Of a stretch of 64,000 nucleotides of DNA, positions 1 through 16,520 are shown in pieces. The DNA comes from the human T2T-CHM13v2.0 reference genome, Homo sapiens, in assembly GCF_009914755.1 (NCBI RefSeq), contig NC_060928.1, one strand, 5' to 3'. The notes below the pieces were generated by a model that did not search any database, was not told the origin of the DNA, and saw only the letters and a program-made list of their open reading frames with translations. Each line of letters opens with the position of its first letter. Position 1 is the stretch's first letter. The translations under genes and the position numbers were made by a program.

Positions 1-203
1 TGGTCTCAATCTCCTGACCTCGTGATCCACCCACCTTGGCCTCCCAAAGTGCTGGGATTACAGGCGTTAGCCACCATGCCCGGCCAAACTTATACATATA
101 TTCTTGTGTGGTATACACATGGTCTCATACCATGACTAATAACAGCTTAAATATTCACGGCCTTGACACTGAGTAATCCAATTAACATACATGTTCATTC
201 ATA

Positions 204-477
<274 letters not shown>

Positions 478-578
478 TGATCCACCCTCTTCAGCCTCCC
501 AAAGCGCTGGGATTTCAGGCATGAGCCACCACACCCAGCCTTAATCTTACACATATATTCTTATGTACTATACACATA

Positions 579-935
579 CAGTGATGCATTGCTTAATGGC
601 AGAAATATATCCTAAGAAAGGCATCCTTAGGTCCTTAGGCAATTTTGGACATAAGGATTTTGTCATTGTGCAAACCTTATAGAGCGTACTTACACAGACA
701 TAGATGGTGTAGCCTGCCTACACACCTAGGCTACACAATATGGCTTATTGCTCCCAGTCTCCAAACCTGTACAGCATGTTACTATACTGAATACTATAGA
801 CAACTCTAACACAATGGAAAGTATTTGTGTATCTAAACATATTTGAATATAGAAAAGGTACAGTAAAACTAAGGTATTATAATCTTACAGGACTACTGTT
901 GTGTATCTGATCCATCACTGACTAAAATATCATTA
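579..935 (+). mobile_element. Tigger3/Golem-type TcMar DNA transposon fragment
   Basis: Starts TA|CAGT..ATGCATTGCTTAATG; contains TACACACCTAGGCTA and AAACCTGTACAGCATGTTACT, typical of the Tigger3 family. Confidence 0.75.
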
Positions 936-1495
936 ATCTCTCTCTCTTATACACACACACGGAGGTAAGAAATGAACTTAGATAACTTGTGACATCATCA
1001 AAATTCTGTATAATTTTTTTTTTTTATACTGGGTCTCACTCTGTCAACCAGGCTGGAGTGCAGTGGCATCACATTACAGCTCACTGCAGCCTCAACCTCC
1101 TGGGCTCAAGCAATCCTCCTGCCTCAGGCTCCTGAGTAGCTAGGACTATAGGCACATGCCACCAAACCCAACTAAGGTTTTTTTCATTTTTTGCAGAGAT
1201 AGGGTCTCATTTGTTGCCCAGGCAGGTCTGAAACTCCTGGCTTCAAGCAATCCTCCCATCTCAGCCTCCCAAAGTGCTGGAATTACAGGCATGAGCCACA
1301 GTACCCAGGGCTTTGGAGATATTTTGATGCTTCCTTTATCAGGCACGTTTTGACACTTCTAGAAATCTTCAACCAAAGAACTAGACTAGTCAGGTTCCCA
1401 GGCATAACCTAATCAACGACGATTTGTTCAACCTGTTTTATGATGGTGAAAATTGAACAGCAAAGTATCATCTAAATATACTCTGGATAAACTCG

Positions 1496-1546
1496 GGGCC
1501 AGTGGCGCAATGGATAACGCGTCTGACTACGGATCAGAAGATTCTA
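1496..1546 (+). pseudogene. 3'-truncated (tailless) tRNA-Arg(ACG) retropseudogene
   Basis: GGGCCAGTGGCGCAATGGATAACGCGTCTGACTACGGATCAGAAGATTCTA matches the first ~51 nt of human tRNA-Arg-ACG (anticodon 1529-1531). There is no B box or 3' acceptor strand. Perfect 19-bp direct repeats TCTAAATATACTCTGGATA at 1471-1489 and 1543-1561. Confidence 0.93.
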
Positions 1547-1579
1547 AATATACTCTGGATAGAAATACAGGTTAAAACT

Positions 1580-1979
1580 TTAACTCGCATCCGTGTGAAG
1601 AGACCACCAAACAGGCTTTGTGTGAGCAACAAGGCTGTTTATTTCACCTGGGTGCAGGCGGGCTGAGTCCGAAGAAAGAGTCAGAGAAGGGAGATAGGGG
1701 TGGGAACGTTTTATAGGATTTGGGTAGGTAATGGAAAATTACAGTCAAAGGCGGTAGTTCTCTGGCGGGCAGGGGTGGGGGTCACCAGGTGCTCAGTGGG
1801 GGAGCTTTTGAGCCAGGATGAGCCAGAAGAAGGAACTTCACAAGGTAATGTCATCGATTAAGGCAGGAACAGGCCATTTTCACTTCTTTTGTGATTCTTC
1901 AGTTACTTCAGGCCATCTGGATGTATACGTGCAGGTCACAGGAGATATGATGGCTTAGCTTGGACTCAGAGGCCTGACA
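1580..1979 (-). mobile_element. LTR7 (HERV-H 3' LTR)
   Basis: Minus strand starts TGTCAGGCCTCTGAGTCCAAGCTAAGCCATCATATC and ends ..GGTCTCTTCACACGGATGCGAG. TATAAAA at 1709-1715 and AATAAA at 1638-1643 (minus). Preceded by the purine tract AAGAAGACAGGAA. Confidence 0.93.
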
Positions 1980-3826
<1,847 letters not shown>

Positions 3827-3944
3827 AGTTACTGGGAACACTGTGAGAGCCAAGTTCTCAGATGCCAGCCAATGGCCAATCTTGCAAGCAGACCTTTCTA
3901 AGAATAGCTATCTCAGACCTACTATGTTAACTCTTTTCTGCACA
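3827..3944 (-). mobile_element. MER21-family LTR 5' fragment
   Basis: Minus strand starts TGTGCAGAAAAGAGTTAACATAGTAGGTCTGAGATAGCTATTCTTAGAAAGG. Confidence 0.75.
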
Positions 3945-4383
3945 GCAAGTTATTTATCTTCTCCAGATCTCAGAGTCATGTGTAAAAAGTGAATAATAAT
4001 AATAGAAACTATTTCATGGAGACCATAGTACAAGTAATATGTAATCCTGTATGATGACAAGACTTCATGACCTAAAGATCAGTCGATGGTAGTGATGAGG
4101 AAGATTACAGAAAGTTATAGACAAGGTAAAACAACTCAAAACATAAATTTCAACCCCACAGCAACTTTTAGAGGACAATAAAACCATAATTATCAGGAAT
4201 GATCTTGAAAAAGGGTCAGTGGAAGAAACACTGACCCTGTCTTTCACTCACAAAATATACGGGAGATTTAAAATATTTTATCATATTGGCCAGGGGTGGT
4301 GGCTCACACCTGTAATTCTAGTATTTTGGGAGGCCGAGGCGGGTGGATCACTTGAGATCGGGAGTTTGAGACAAGCCTGGTCA

Positions 4384-4599
<216 letters not shown>

Positions 4600-5255
4600 C
4601 TAAAATGAATGCAGTAAGATCTCTCTGTGTGTGTCTCCATGTGTGTATACACACACGTGTGCCTAGATATGTTTAGGAGTGTTTTATACCTATGTACATA
4701 TATTATGTTGCGTATTGTGTATACAGCCAGAAATTCCTTGAGGAATTCTATTCAGATTGGTTTAGATAAGTGAGTGCTTACATAAATTGTTAAAATATAT
4801 AGGAATCAACCCAAATGCCTTTTTAATTCACATAATTTAAGTAAATCTTTGATAAATAAGCTGGTTTTAAATTTATTGATGAAATAAAAATAGGAACATC
4901 TTCAGAACTGTTAGCATACATTTTTGCCTGGTTTTACTAGTTAGAATTTGTTTCTGCTAAATGTTTTAGGGTGTCATGATTGACACAGGTTATAAAACTA
5001 TAAAACCAGCCTAAAAACAGAATAGTCTTTTATTTGTGAAGCTCTTTGATAAGACTAATTTAATAGTGTTGATTTAATGAAAACAGCTGTATCTTCTGAG
5101 TTATCAACAAAATCTCCATACATTTAACTTTAAGGTTCTTTTTTAGGTTAACATCTGATATTCTTAGGCTATGAAAAGGGCGAACAGGAAAGTAACCTGA
5201 ATGACGACTAGCTTTGTCTAATATCTCAGTTCTCACAAATAGTCTACGTAAAACT

Positions 5256-5291
<36 letters not shown>

Positions 5292-5545
5292 GAGTAGGCC
5301 GGGCGCGGTGGCTCAGGCCTGTAAACCCAGCACTTTGGGAGGCTGAGACGGGCGAATCACCTGAGGTCAGGAGTTCAAGACCAGCCTGCCCAACATGGAG
5401 AAACCCCGTCTCTACTAAAAATACAAAATTAGGCCAGGCGCAGTGTAATCCCAGCACTTTGGGAGGCCAAGACGGGTGGATCACAAGGTCAGGAGATCGA
5501 GATCATCCTGGCTAACACGGTGAAACCCTAACTCTACTAAAATTA

Positions 5546-5839
<294 letters not shown>

Positions 5840-5978
5840 TTATGGGCCAGGCACGGTGGCTCACGCCTGAAATCCCAGCACTTTGGGAGGCCGAGGAGGG
5901 CAGATCACAAGGTCAGGAGTTCAAGACCAGCCAGTTTGAGACCAGCCTGGCCAACACGGTGAAACCCCGTCTCTACTA

Positions 5979-6218
<240 letters not shown>

Positions 6219-7505
6219 TTAAAATTATGTTAAATTAAGTGATAAATACTCATTAAATGTCCAGATCGTTTCCAAATAAGGAAAAATACTGAAACACCAA
6301 TTGCTGAACATAAATACATTTGTTCTTGCCTTGTTAAATCTTATAGAAAGACTGAATATATTTCAGTCTATTAATACACACAAAATTATGTTACGGAGAA
6401 TGTTTGTAAAAAATATTTAAAAGTCTAGGCATAGTGGCTCACACCTGCAATCCCAGCACTTTCAAAGGCTGAAACAGGAGGATTACTTAAGGCCAGGAGT
6501 CCAAGACCAGCCTGAGCAACACGGCAAGACTCTGTCTCTACAAAAAAAATTTTACACTAGCCAGGCATGGTAGCATGCTCCTGTAATCCCAGCTACTCCA
6601 GGGGCTAAGACAGGAGGATCCCTTGACCCCAGAGTTCAAGTTATAGTACGCTATGATCATGCCACTGCACTCTAGGCTGGGCAACAGTGAGAGACCCTAA
6701 CTCAAAAAATAAAAAAATATATAAAATACTGATATATGATAGTTCAAAATTTCTTGCTTCCTAGGTTTTCATTAAAAATCAAGATTACTAAGTTAGAAAT
6801 TCTAACTAATGTATATAATTCTGTATATGAAGTGTAACAAAAAACATCATGTGGCTTTGATGAGAAAAATTATGAGAAAAGCATAAGAATGTATTATTCA
6901 TTGAGAAAAAAGAATAACTGTAAATTCAGAGGTTATTTAAGGTTATTTTGAAAAGTAATATTTAGGAAGGAAATAATATAAAAAGGACTCAGTAAGCAGG
7001 AGAGAGAAATATAAAGAAAGTTATAAGGATGTAATTTTGGCAAAGAGGGTTAAAAGGAGAATAACTTTTCACAATGATAAGGAAAAAAGAAAGTAAACTG
7101 TGTCCTAAAGTAAAATGACAGGTTATTTAAGAAAGAGAAAGTATAGGACAAAGCTAAAGGACCAAGAATGTTGTGGAAGATCTGATTAAGCTGTGGAAAG
7201 TTTGTGAAGGATGAATTTATTAAAGAAATTTTGTGTGTGGGCCAGACACAGAGGCTCATGGCTGTAATCCCAGCACTTTGGGAGGCCGAAGCAGCCAGAC
7301 CACTTGAGCCCAGGAGTTCAAGACCAGCCTGTTCAACACAATGAAACCCCGTCTCTACAAAAAATACAAAAACTAGCCAGACACACTGGCATGTGCCTGT
7401 AGTCTCAGCTACTCAGGAGGCTGAGATGGGAGGATCACTTGAGCCCGCCAAGTTAAGCCTACAGTGAGGTATGATCGCAGTGGAGACAGAATGAGTCCCT
7501 CTATC

Positions 7506-7889
7506 AAAAAAAAAGGAAGTAGGAAGGAAGGAGGGAGGGAGAGACAGAGGGAGGGGTGAGAAAGAGAAAAGAAAGAAAGGAAAGGAAAGGAAAGAAAGAA
7601 GGAAAGGAAAGGGGCAAGGGCAAGAGAAAGAGAAAGAGAAGGAAGGGAGGCAGGGGTGAGAGAGAAAGAGTGGGGGTGAGAGAGAAAGAGGGAGGGAGAG
7701 AGGGAGAGAGAGAAAGAGGGAGGAAGGGAGAGAGAGAAAGAGAAAGAAGAGAGAGAAAGAAAGAAAGAAGGAAAAGAAAGAAAGAAAGAGAGGGAGACGA
7801 AAAGAAAGAGAAAGCGGGGAGGAGGGAGGGAGGGAAAGAGATAGAGAAGGAAGGAAGAAAAGAAGGAAGGGAGGGAGGAAGGAAGGAAG
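7506..7889 (+). repeat. ~385 bp GA-rich low-complexity tract derived from an Alu tail
   Basis: Almost purely purines on the plus strand (GGAA/GAAA/GAGA mosaics). Confidence 0.95.
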
Positions 7890-9111
7890 ATTTTTTCATA
7901 CGATTAAGTTGGCTATAAATAAAAGAAAATTAGTTACAAGTCTTTCTAAAAGTTTAGCTTTGGTCAGGCACGGTGGCTCACGCCTGTAGTCCCAGCACTT
8001 TGGGAGGCGGAGGCGGGTGGATCACCTGAGGTCAGGAGTTCGAGACCAGCCTGGACAACATGGAGAAACACCATCTCTACTAAAAAATACAAAAATTAGG
8101 TGGGCGTGGTGGCATGCACCTGTAGTCCCAGCTACTCTGGAGGCTCAGTCAGGAGAATCACTTGAACCTGGGAAGTAGAGATTGCCGTGAGCCAAGACTA
8201 TGCCACTGCACTCTAGCCTAGGTGACAGAATGAGACCCTGGCTCAAAACAACAACAAATATCTAAAATTTTGGTCCCCTGTGTTAGAACAAGCTTTTCTT
8301 GAAGTCTTGATCTGTTCTTAGTAAAAATTGCAAGAGGTTTTTATGTTTATTTCAGAAATCTGTTTCTTTAAGTTTTTAAACATCTTCTGAACTGCAGCTT
8401 TACAGTTTACAGCAGTTCTGTATTGGCTTTTACTGATGTGTCTGAATTGCTCCACTTAACCCAGAATTTCCCATGATTTTACTAAGAGCCATGTATTTCC
8501 TGCTCAAGGTACTAGTTTTCCTGTTTACATTTCTCTATAATATGGTGTACGCTCATAACCTTGGACACACACTCTTCCTGTGTCAAGTAATTTTTCATCA
8601 GGTCCAACTTCCAGATTATCTAAATGGGTTTCCCATTAGCAGAAGCAATCTCATTGCAGGAAGTTTTCTTTGCCTTTTTGTTAACTGGCCCAAGAAACAA
8701 AGACTGCATCTTATGAAGATAATCCCTGTTATTTCATGCTGTCTTTATTAGGGTTTTTGGTTACTTAGGAAAACTGGGCTTTAGAAGGGTTAAGGGTTTG
8801 GGGTTTTTGTTTGTTTGTTTCCCATCCATGTAACTTTCTGTATTGCTTTTGAAATCTTTTGATTATTACTGTGGTTAAATTAATGACTATTATTTCACAA
8901 TGACCTATGATTCTGTTTTGATCAGGTGTTTTAAACCTTTTGACATCTTTGGTAAACTTCCCCAGGATCAAGTTCTAAATTAAGTCTTTTGGCTTGGAGC
9001 GGTGGCTCATGCCTGTAATCCCAGCACTCTGGGAGGCCGAGGTGGATGGATCACCTGAGGTCAGAGTTCGAGACCAACCTGACCAACATGGAGAAACCCC
9101 ATCTCTACTTA

Positions 9112-9375
<264 letters not shown>

Positions 9376-9639
9376 CTAAATCAGGCTTGATATGCTGAAT
9401 TATATGGAAAGCACTGACAAATAAGTGATTCTAGATCTTCTTGCAGTTACATTTATTGATATGATATTAATATGAATATTCCAAAAGTATATAAAACTCT
9501 TAGAAATCTAATATGTCATCAGTCATAATTCTAGTATATATTACATGCCACAAAAATAACTGAATTTCTTTGTCAATTGCTGATTATAATAAACTTCATC
9601 AGATTTTTAACCATGGCTATTCTAAATCTTCATCATTCA

Positions 9640-9792
<153 letters not shown>

Positions 9793-11703
9793 TTAGTCTC
9801 TGGTCTTTACTAATTTTAGTCTTTAGTCTCTACTAAAAATACAAAAATTAGCCAAGGTAGTAGTGTGCACCTGTAATCCCAGCTGCTTGGGAAGCTGAGA
9901 CAGAAGAATCACTTGAACCCAGGAAGTGGAGGTTGCAGTAAGCCGACATCAGGCCACTGTACTCCAGCCTGGGTGACAGAGTCAAACTGTCTCAAAAAAT
10001 AAATAAGTAAAATTTAAAAATAAATAAAAATAAAAATATCTGCAATCAGGTTCATGGAAAAGATTTGTACGCTTAAATATACATTTCTAATAACTTTAAG
10101 CTCAATGGACTAAAAATTTTCCAGAATTCTAATGAAGAAACTGATTAGTTAGAAAAACTGCTAATTAAGATTAAGCAACACAAAATATGAGATTAGGCCG
10201 GGCACGGTGGCTCACGCCTGTAATCCCAGTACTTTGGGAGGCCGAGGTGGGCGGATCACAAGGTCAGGAGATCGAGACCATCCTGGCTAACATAGTGAAA
10301 CCCCATCTCTACTAAAAATACAAAAAATTAGCTGGGCGTGGTGGTGGGCACCTGTAATCCCAGCTACTCAGGAGGCTGAGGCAGGAGAATGGCGTGAACC
10401 CAGGAGGCAGAGCTTGCAGTGAGCCGAGATGGTGCCACTGCACTCCAGCCTGGGCGAGAGTGTGAGACTCCGTCTCAAAAAAATAAAATAAAATAAGAGA
10501 TTAAATAATCAATGATGTTTTTATGACTTTTATTTGAAACACTGTTGGTTCTTTACTTAAATGTTCAGTTTTCCAGATTTAAGAAAATTTTTCTCTTAAA
10601 GTATCAATCATTTACAGTAATTTGGTAAGATAATACTTATCTCAACAAAAGTGAAAGCATTTACTTTTTCTCCCTACTTGATCCCTCTGCATTAGATATT
10701 GGTTAAGTAAAATTCAGAAACTATTCATGAGTATTCTTATTTTTATGATAATATAGGGTTGTTGGCATAAGTTCATAAAAGTTTGCTCTCTTTATAACAG
10801 GATACAATTAGAAACGTTAGTTATATTACCAAGACTTTGACTGGAATATCTTATTTAAGAATGTGCACACAATGTCTGGGTTCAGGTGTTCCCATTCCTA
10901 CAGTGAGAGAATATAATCTGTCACTTCTTGGCCAGCCCAGGAACCTTAAGGCTGTAGGTGAAATCTAATGTCTCCCTTGGTTTGGCTTCCTAGTCTTGAA
11001 GGGTTTATAAATCTGAGATTTCTTTGTGGTCAACAGCTATTCTTGCTGCATTTATGTAAATAATCAGACAAAAAACTAATAAAACTATTTTATAAACAAA
11101 TTTGTCTTATTCTGATTGGTAGAAACTGGGATGACTATAAAAAGTTATGCTTCTAAAGAAAAACTACTGTATCTATTATTAGACTGTAGCCCTGTACACT
11201 GTATTTGAGTTTTTATTATCTACCTGCAAACTGGCCTAGATCCTAAATTCTTCTAGGTTCCTCCAATCCAACTTTCTTCCACAGAATTATTAAAACAGAA
11301 ATTGCTCTGTTCCTGAAGCCCTATAAGCTGAAACTCGATGAATTTTAAGGGACAAGTCTGGTACTCGAAGTCTGAGCCACACAGAAAAGTTCACCAAACT
11401 GCCCAATGCCTTAACCAGAGACATTCAAACTGCAAACCAGGATGAGAAGTCGATGGTTCCGCACTGTAGACAGGTTTTCCCAAGATAATTGAACAAGGGG
11501 AGACTCTTACCCCTCTTAAGGCGTAGCTTTTTCACTTGGCAAGATAATGTTGTAACTGAAATTTCACAATCAGTAGCTTCTGCTGGTAACTTGACAGAAC
11601 TTGACCTAAGAGATCCTTCAGTCCACCTAGTGGGTGACTCTGGCAACATCCCTAAAAAAATTATTCACACTCTGCTTTAATTCAACCCAGTTATGGAATG
11701 CCG

Positions 11704-11990
11704 AATGATAACAATGCTCTGCATTAGCTATTGGTTAAGTAAAGAAATGTCTGTGCTATTACTAATACTACATGATTTACCTGGATAAATTCCTTTGAGG
11801 AAGTTGAGACTCATACGCAAAATAAGAAAACAGATCACATGGTTACAACAGGTCTCATCTAGTTCTCCATGGTCACTTGGTTTCTTCAACTGACTGCCTT
11901 TAGGTCTAGCTTCATGGCTCAAAACCATTATGTAAACTGGTATTATATTACTATTAATTTTACTTTGTATTTTCCTTTTTAAACTTTGTA
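11704..11990 (+). pseudogene. Retroviral env transmembrane-subunit remnant
   Basis: Manual translation NDNNALH*LLVK*RNVCAITNTT*FTWINSFEEVET resembles an immunosuppressive domain plus a degraded CX6CC. After a frameshift come ..QITWLQQV and the hydrophobic GIILLLILLC. Multiple stops. Confidence 0.75.
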
Positions 11991-12318
11991 CATGTTATTT
12001 GTTACATTTCTGTAGTAGTACAGAATTATACTGACCCAACAGAATTATACTGGGCTGGCCCTAAACCCTGAGATGATAGCCTACATTTAAGGAACAGACA
12101 AAAACTGATCTTAATAATGGATTCCCGGCAGACTTAGCCTGAGAATCACTCCCTCCAAACTTCCCTTGTGTGCTCAAATGTGACTGAAAGGGTCCTGACA
12201 CTGACTCCTAGTTTGACAAGCACTCCCTCCAACATGGGACCATACCAACAACCCAGGACAGGTCCATCCTGGCACCTAAAGATAATTAAAACCTAACTAC
12301 AAGATGATTGATCAGTGA

Positions 12319-13615
<1,297 letters not shown>

Positions 13616-13865
13616 GAACCATCTGTATGTAAAAGATGAATTTAGAACCTTATTTCTCACCATACACAGAAATTAATTCAAAATAGATGATAAAATCTAA
13701 CTGTTAGAGTTAAAACTATAAAACTTCTAGAAAGCAGAAAAATCTCAAGATCTTGGATTAGGCAGAGTTCTTACATAAGACAACAAAAGTATAATCTATA
13801 AAAGAAAAAATTTAGAAACCACACTTCATCAAAATTTAAACTAATTACACTTTAAAAGATCTTAA

Positions 13866-14000
<135 letters not shown>

Positions 14001-14311
14001 TAGCTGGGGCTACAGGTGCACACCACCACACCCGGCTAATTTTTGTATTTTTAGTAGAGATGGGGTTTCACCATGTTGGCCAGGCTGGTCTCGAATGCCT
14101 GACCTCATGATCCACCAGCCTCAGTGTCCCAAAGTGCTGGGATTACAGGTGTGAGCCACCACGCCCAGCCACCAATTTTTTAAGCAATGAAAAGACCAGC
14201 AACAGACTGTAAAGAAATATTGGCAGATCATGTATCTACTAAAAAACTTACATCCAGAATATATTTCTAAAAAAAAAAAACTTCTTATAACTCAATAAGT
14301 CAAACAACCCA

Positions 14312-14372
14312 ATTATATTACATTACATTATATTATATTATATTATATTATATTAATTATATTATATTATAT
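14312..14372. repeat. (ATATT)n microsatellite in an Alu tail
   Basis: Direct observation. Confidence 0.9.
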
Positions 14373-14991
14373 TTTTTTGAGACAGAGCCTTGCTCTGTTG
14401 CCCAGGCTGCAGTGCAGTGTTGCAATCTCAGCTCACTGCAACCTCCGCCTCCCAGGTTTATGCAGTTCTCCTACCTCAGCCTTCTGAGTAGCTGAGATTA
14501 CAGGCATGCGCCACCACCTCCGGCTAATTTTTGTATTTTTAGTAGAGACAGGGTTTTACCATGCTGACCAGGCTGGTCTCGAACTCCTGACCTCAGGTGA
14601 TCCACCCACCTCAGCCTCCCAAAGTGCTGGGGTTACAGGCATGAGCCACCGCACCCAGCCCAAACAACCCAATTTTAAAAGGAGCAAAAGATCTGAATAG
14701 TGATGTCATCAAAAAAGATGGGTCAGACACGGTGGCTCATGCTTGTAATCCCAGCACTTTGGCAGGCCAACGCAGGAGGATTGCTTGAGCCCAGGGGTTC
14801 AAGAGTAGCCTGGGCAATGCAGTGAGACCCCCATCGCTACAAAAAATAAAAATAAAAAATTAACCGGGCATGGTGGTATGCACCTGCATTCCCCATTCCC
14901 AACTACTCAGGAGGCTGAGGTAGGGGGACTGCTTGAGCCCAGGAGGTCAAGGCTACAGTGAGCTCTGGTCGCACCACTGCACTCCAGCCAG

Positions 14992-15120
14992 CCCATTTAT
15001 GCCAAGTGTTCCATTTTTGGAATGCTAAGCTTGTGGGAATTATTAATATCCTACTGCTCAAGGTCATCGCCAAGGTCTGCTTTTTCACAAAAAAAAATTG
15101 CAACTTCGGGCATAAATGGG
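14992..15120 (+). mobile_element. MER85 non-autonomous piggyBac element
   Basis: Terminal inverted repeats CCCATTTATGCC...GGCATAAATGGG, followed by TTAA (15121-15124); internal GTTCCATTTTTGGAAT palindrome and CTGCTCAAGGTCATCGCCAAGGTCTG. Confidence 0.92.
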
Positions 15121-15862
15121 TTAAGAAAAAAGATACATGAAAAGATGCTCAATACTATGAGTCATAAGGAAAATTAAAATTAAAATCACAATGACTCCAC
15201 TAAACAGTACACAGAGAAAAAAACAAAAAAAAAACACAACAAATTAACAAAATCAGGCCGGGCATGGTGGCTCACGCCTGTAATCCTAGCACTTTGGGAG
15301 GCCAAGGCAGGAGGACTGCCTGAGCTCAGGATTCGAGACCAGCCTGGGCAACATGGTGAAACCCCATCTCCACTAAAAAGACAAAAAATCAGCTGGGCAT
15401 AGTTGTGCTCGGCTGTAATCCCAGCTACTCGGGAGGCTGAGGCAGAAGAATTGCTTGAACCCAGGAGAGAGAGGTTGCAGTGAGCTGAGATTGCACTACT
15501 GCACTCCAGCCTGGGCGACAGAGTGACTCAAAAACAAACAAATTCATATCCATTAGAACAGCTATAATTAAAAAAGAAATACAATAATAAGTGTTGGCAA
15601 AGATGTGAAGAAAACTAGAACTCTCAAACATTGCTGTTAGCAATATAAGACGTTATGGCCACTTTGGGAAAACAGTTTGGCAGTGTCCTAAAAAGCTAAA
15701 CGTATGATGCTGTAATTCTACTCCTAGATAGCTAACCAAGAGAAACAAAACCATATGTCCACATAAAGACTTGTACTCAAATGTTTGAGTATTATTTAAA
15801 GAGTCAACAACTGGAAATAATCGAAACACCTATATATACTGGTCAACAGCTAAAGTGTGTTA

Positions 15863-16520
15863 CAGTAATCTCCCCTTACCTACAGCTTTACTTTGCAGTT
15901 TCAGTTACCCACAGTCAAACATGGTCTGAAAATGATAAATGGAAAATTTCAGAAATAATCTACGTTTTAAATTGAGTGCCATTCTGAGCAGCATGATGAA
16001 ACCTCATACCATGCCCCTCTGCCTTGGCCATGAATCATCCCTTTATCCACCATATTCACGCTGTCTACACTACCTGCTCATTAGTCACTTAGTGGCCATC
16101 TCAGCTATCAGATCAACTAGTATCTTAGTGCTAGTAACCCTTATTTTACTTAACAATGGCTCAAACACTCAAGAGTAATGAGGATGACAACTGGATATGC
16201 CAAAAAGAAGCTGTAAAATACTTATTTTAAGTGAAAAAGTGAAAGTTCTCAATTTAACAAGAAAAAAACTTTATGCTGTTTGCTAACACCTACAGTAAGA
16301 AATCTTCTATGAAATTGTGAATAGCATATTGTTGTAACTATTCTATTGTATTGTTTTTAATCTCTTATTATGTCTGATTAACAAGTTAAACTTTATCCTA
16401 GGTATACAGATACAGAAAAAAATAATATATGGTTCAATACTACCTGAGATTTCAGGCATCCACTGGGGGTCTTGGAATGTATCCCACACAGATAACGGGG
16501 GGGAGGGGGGGGGGGCTATC
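15863..16520 (+). mobile_element. MER44 (Tigger7-derived) DNA transposon
   Basis: TA|CAGTAATCTCCCCTTAC...GGAAAATTTCAGAAATAA...GGGGTCTTGGAATGTATCCC..GATAACGGGG. Confidence 0.8.

Noticed and set aside
1496-1546. Functional tRNA gene, or a primer-binding site for the adjacent HERV-H
   Set aside because: It lacks the T loop/B box and the 3' acceptor strand. HERV-H uses the 3' end of tRNA-His next to the 5' LTR, whereas this is a tRNA-Arg 5' part beyond the 3' LTR with its own target duplication.
7504-7918. Lys/Arg/Glu-rich and Ser/Leu/Phe-rich ORFs
   Set aside because: Translation of a GA-rich simple repeat.
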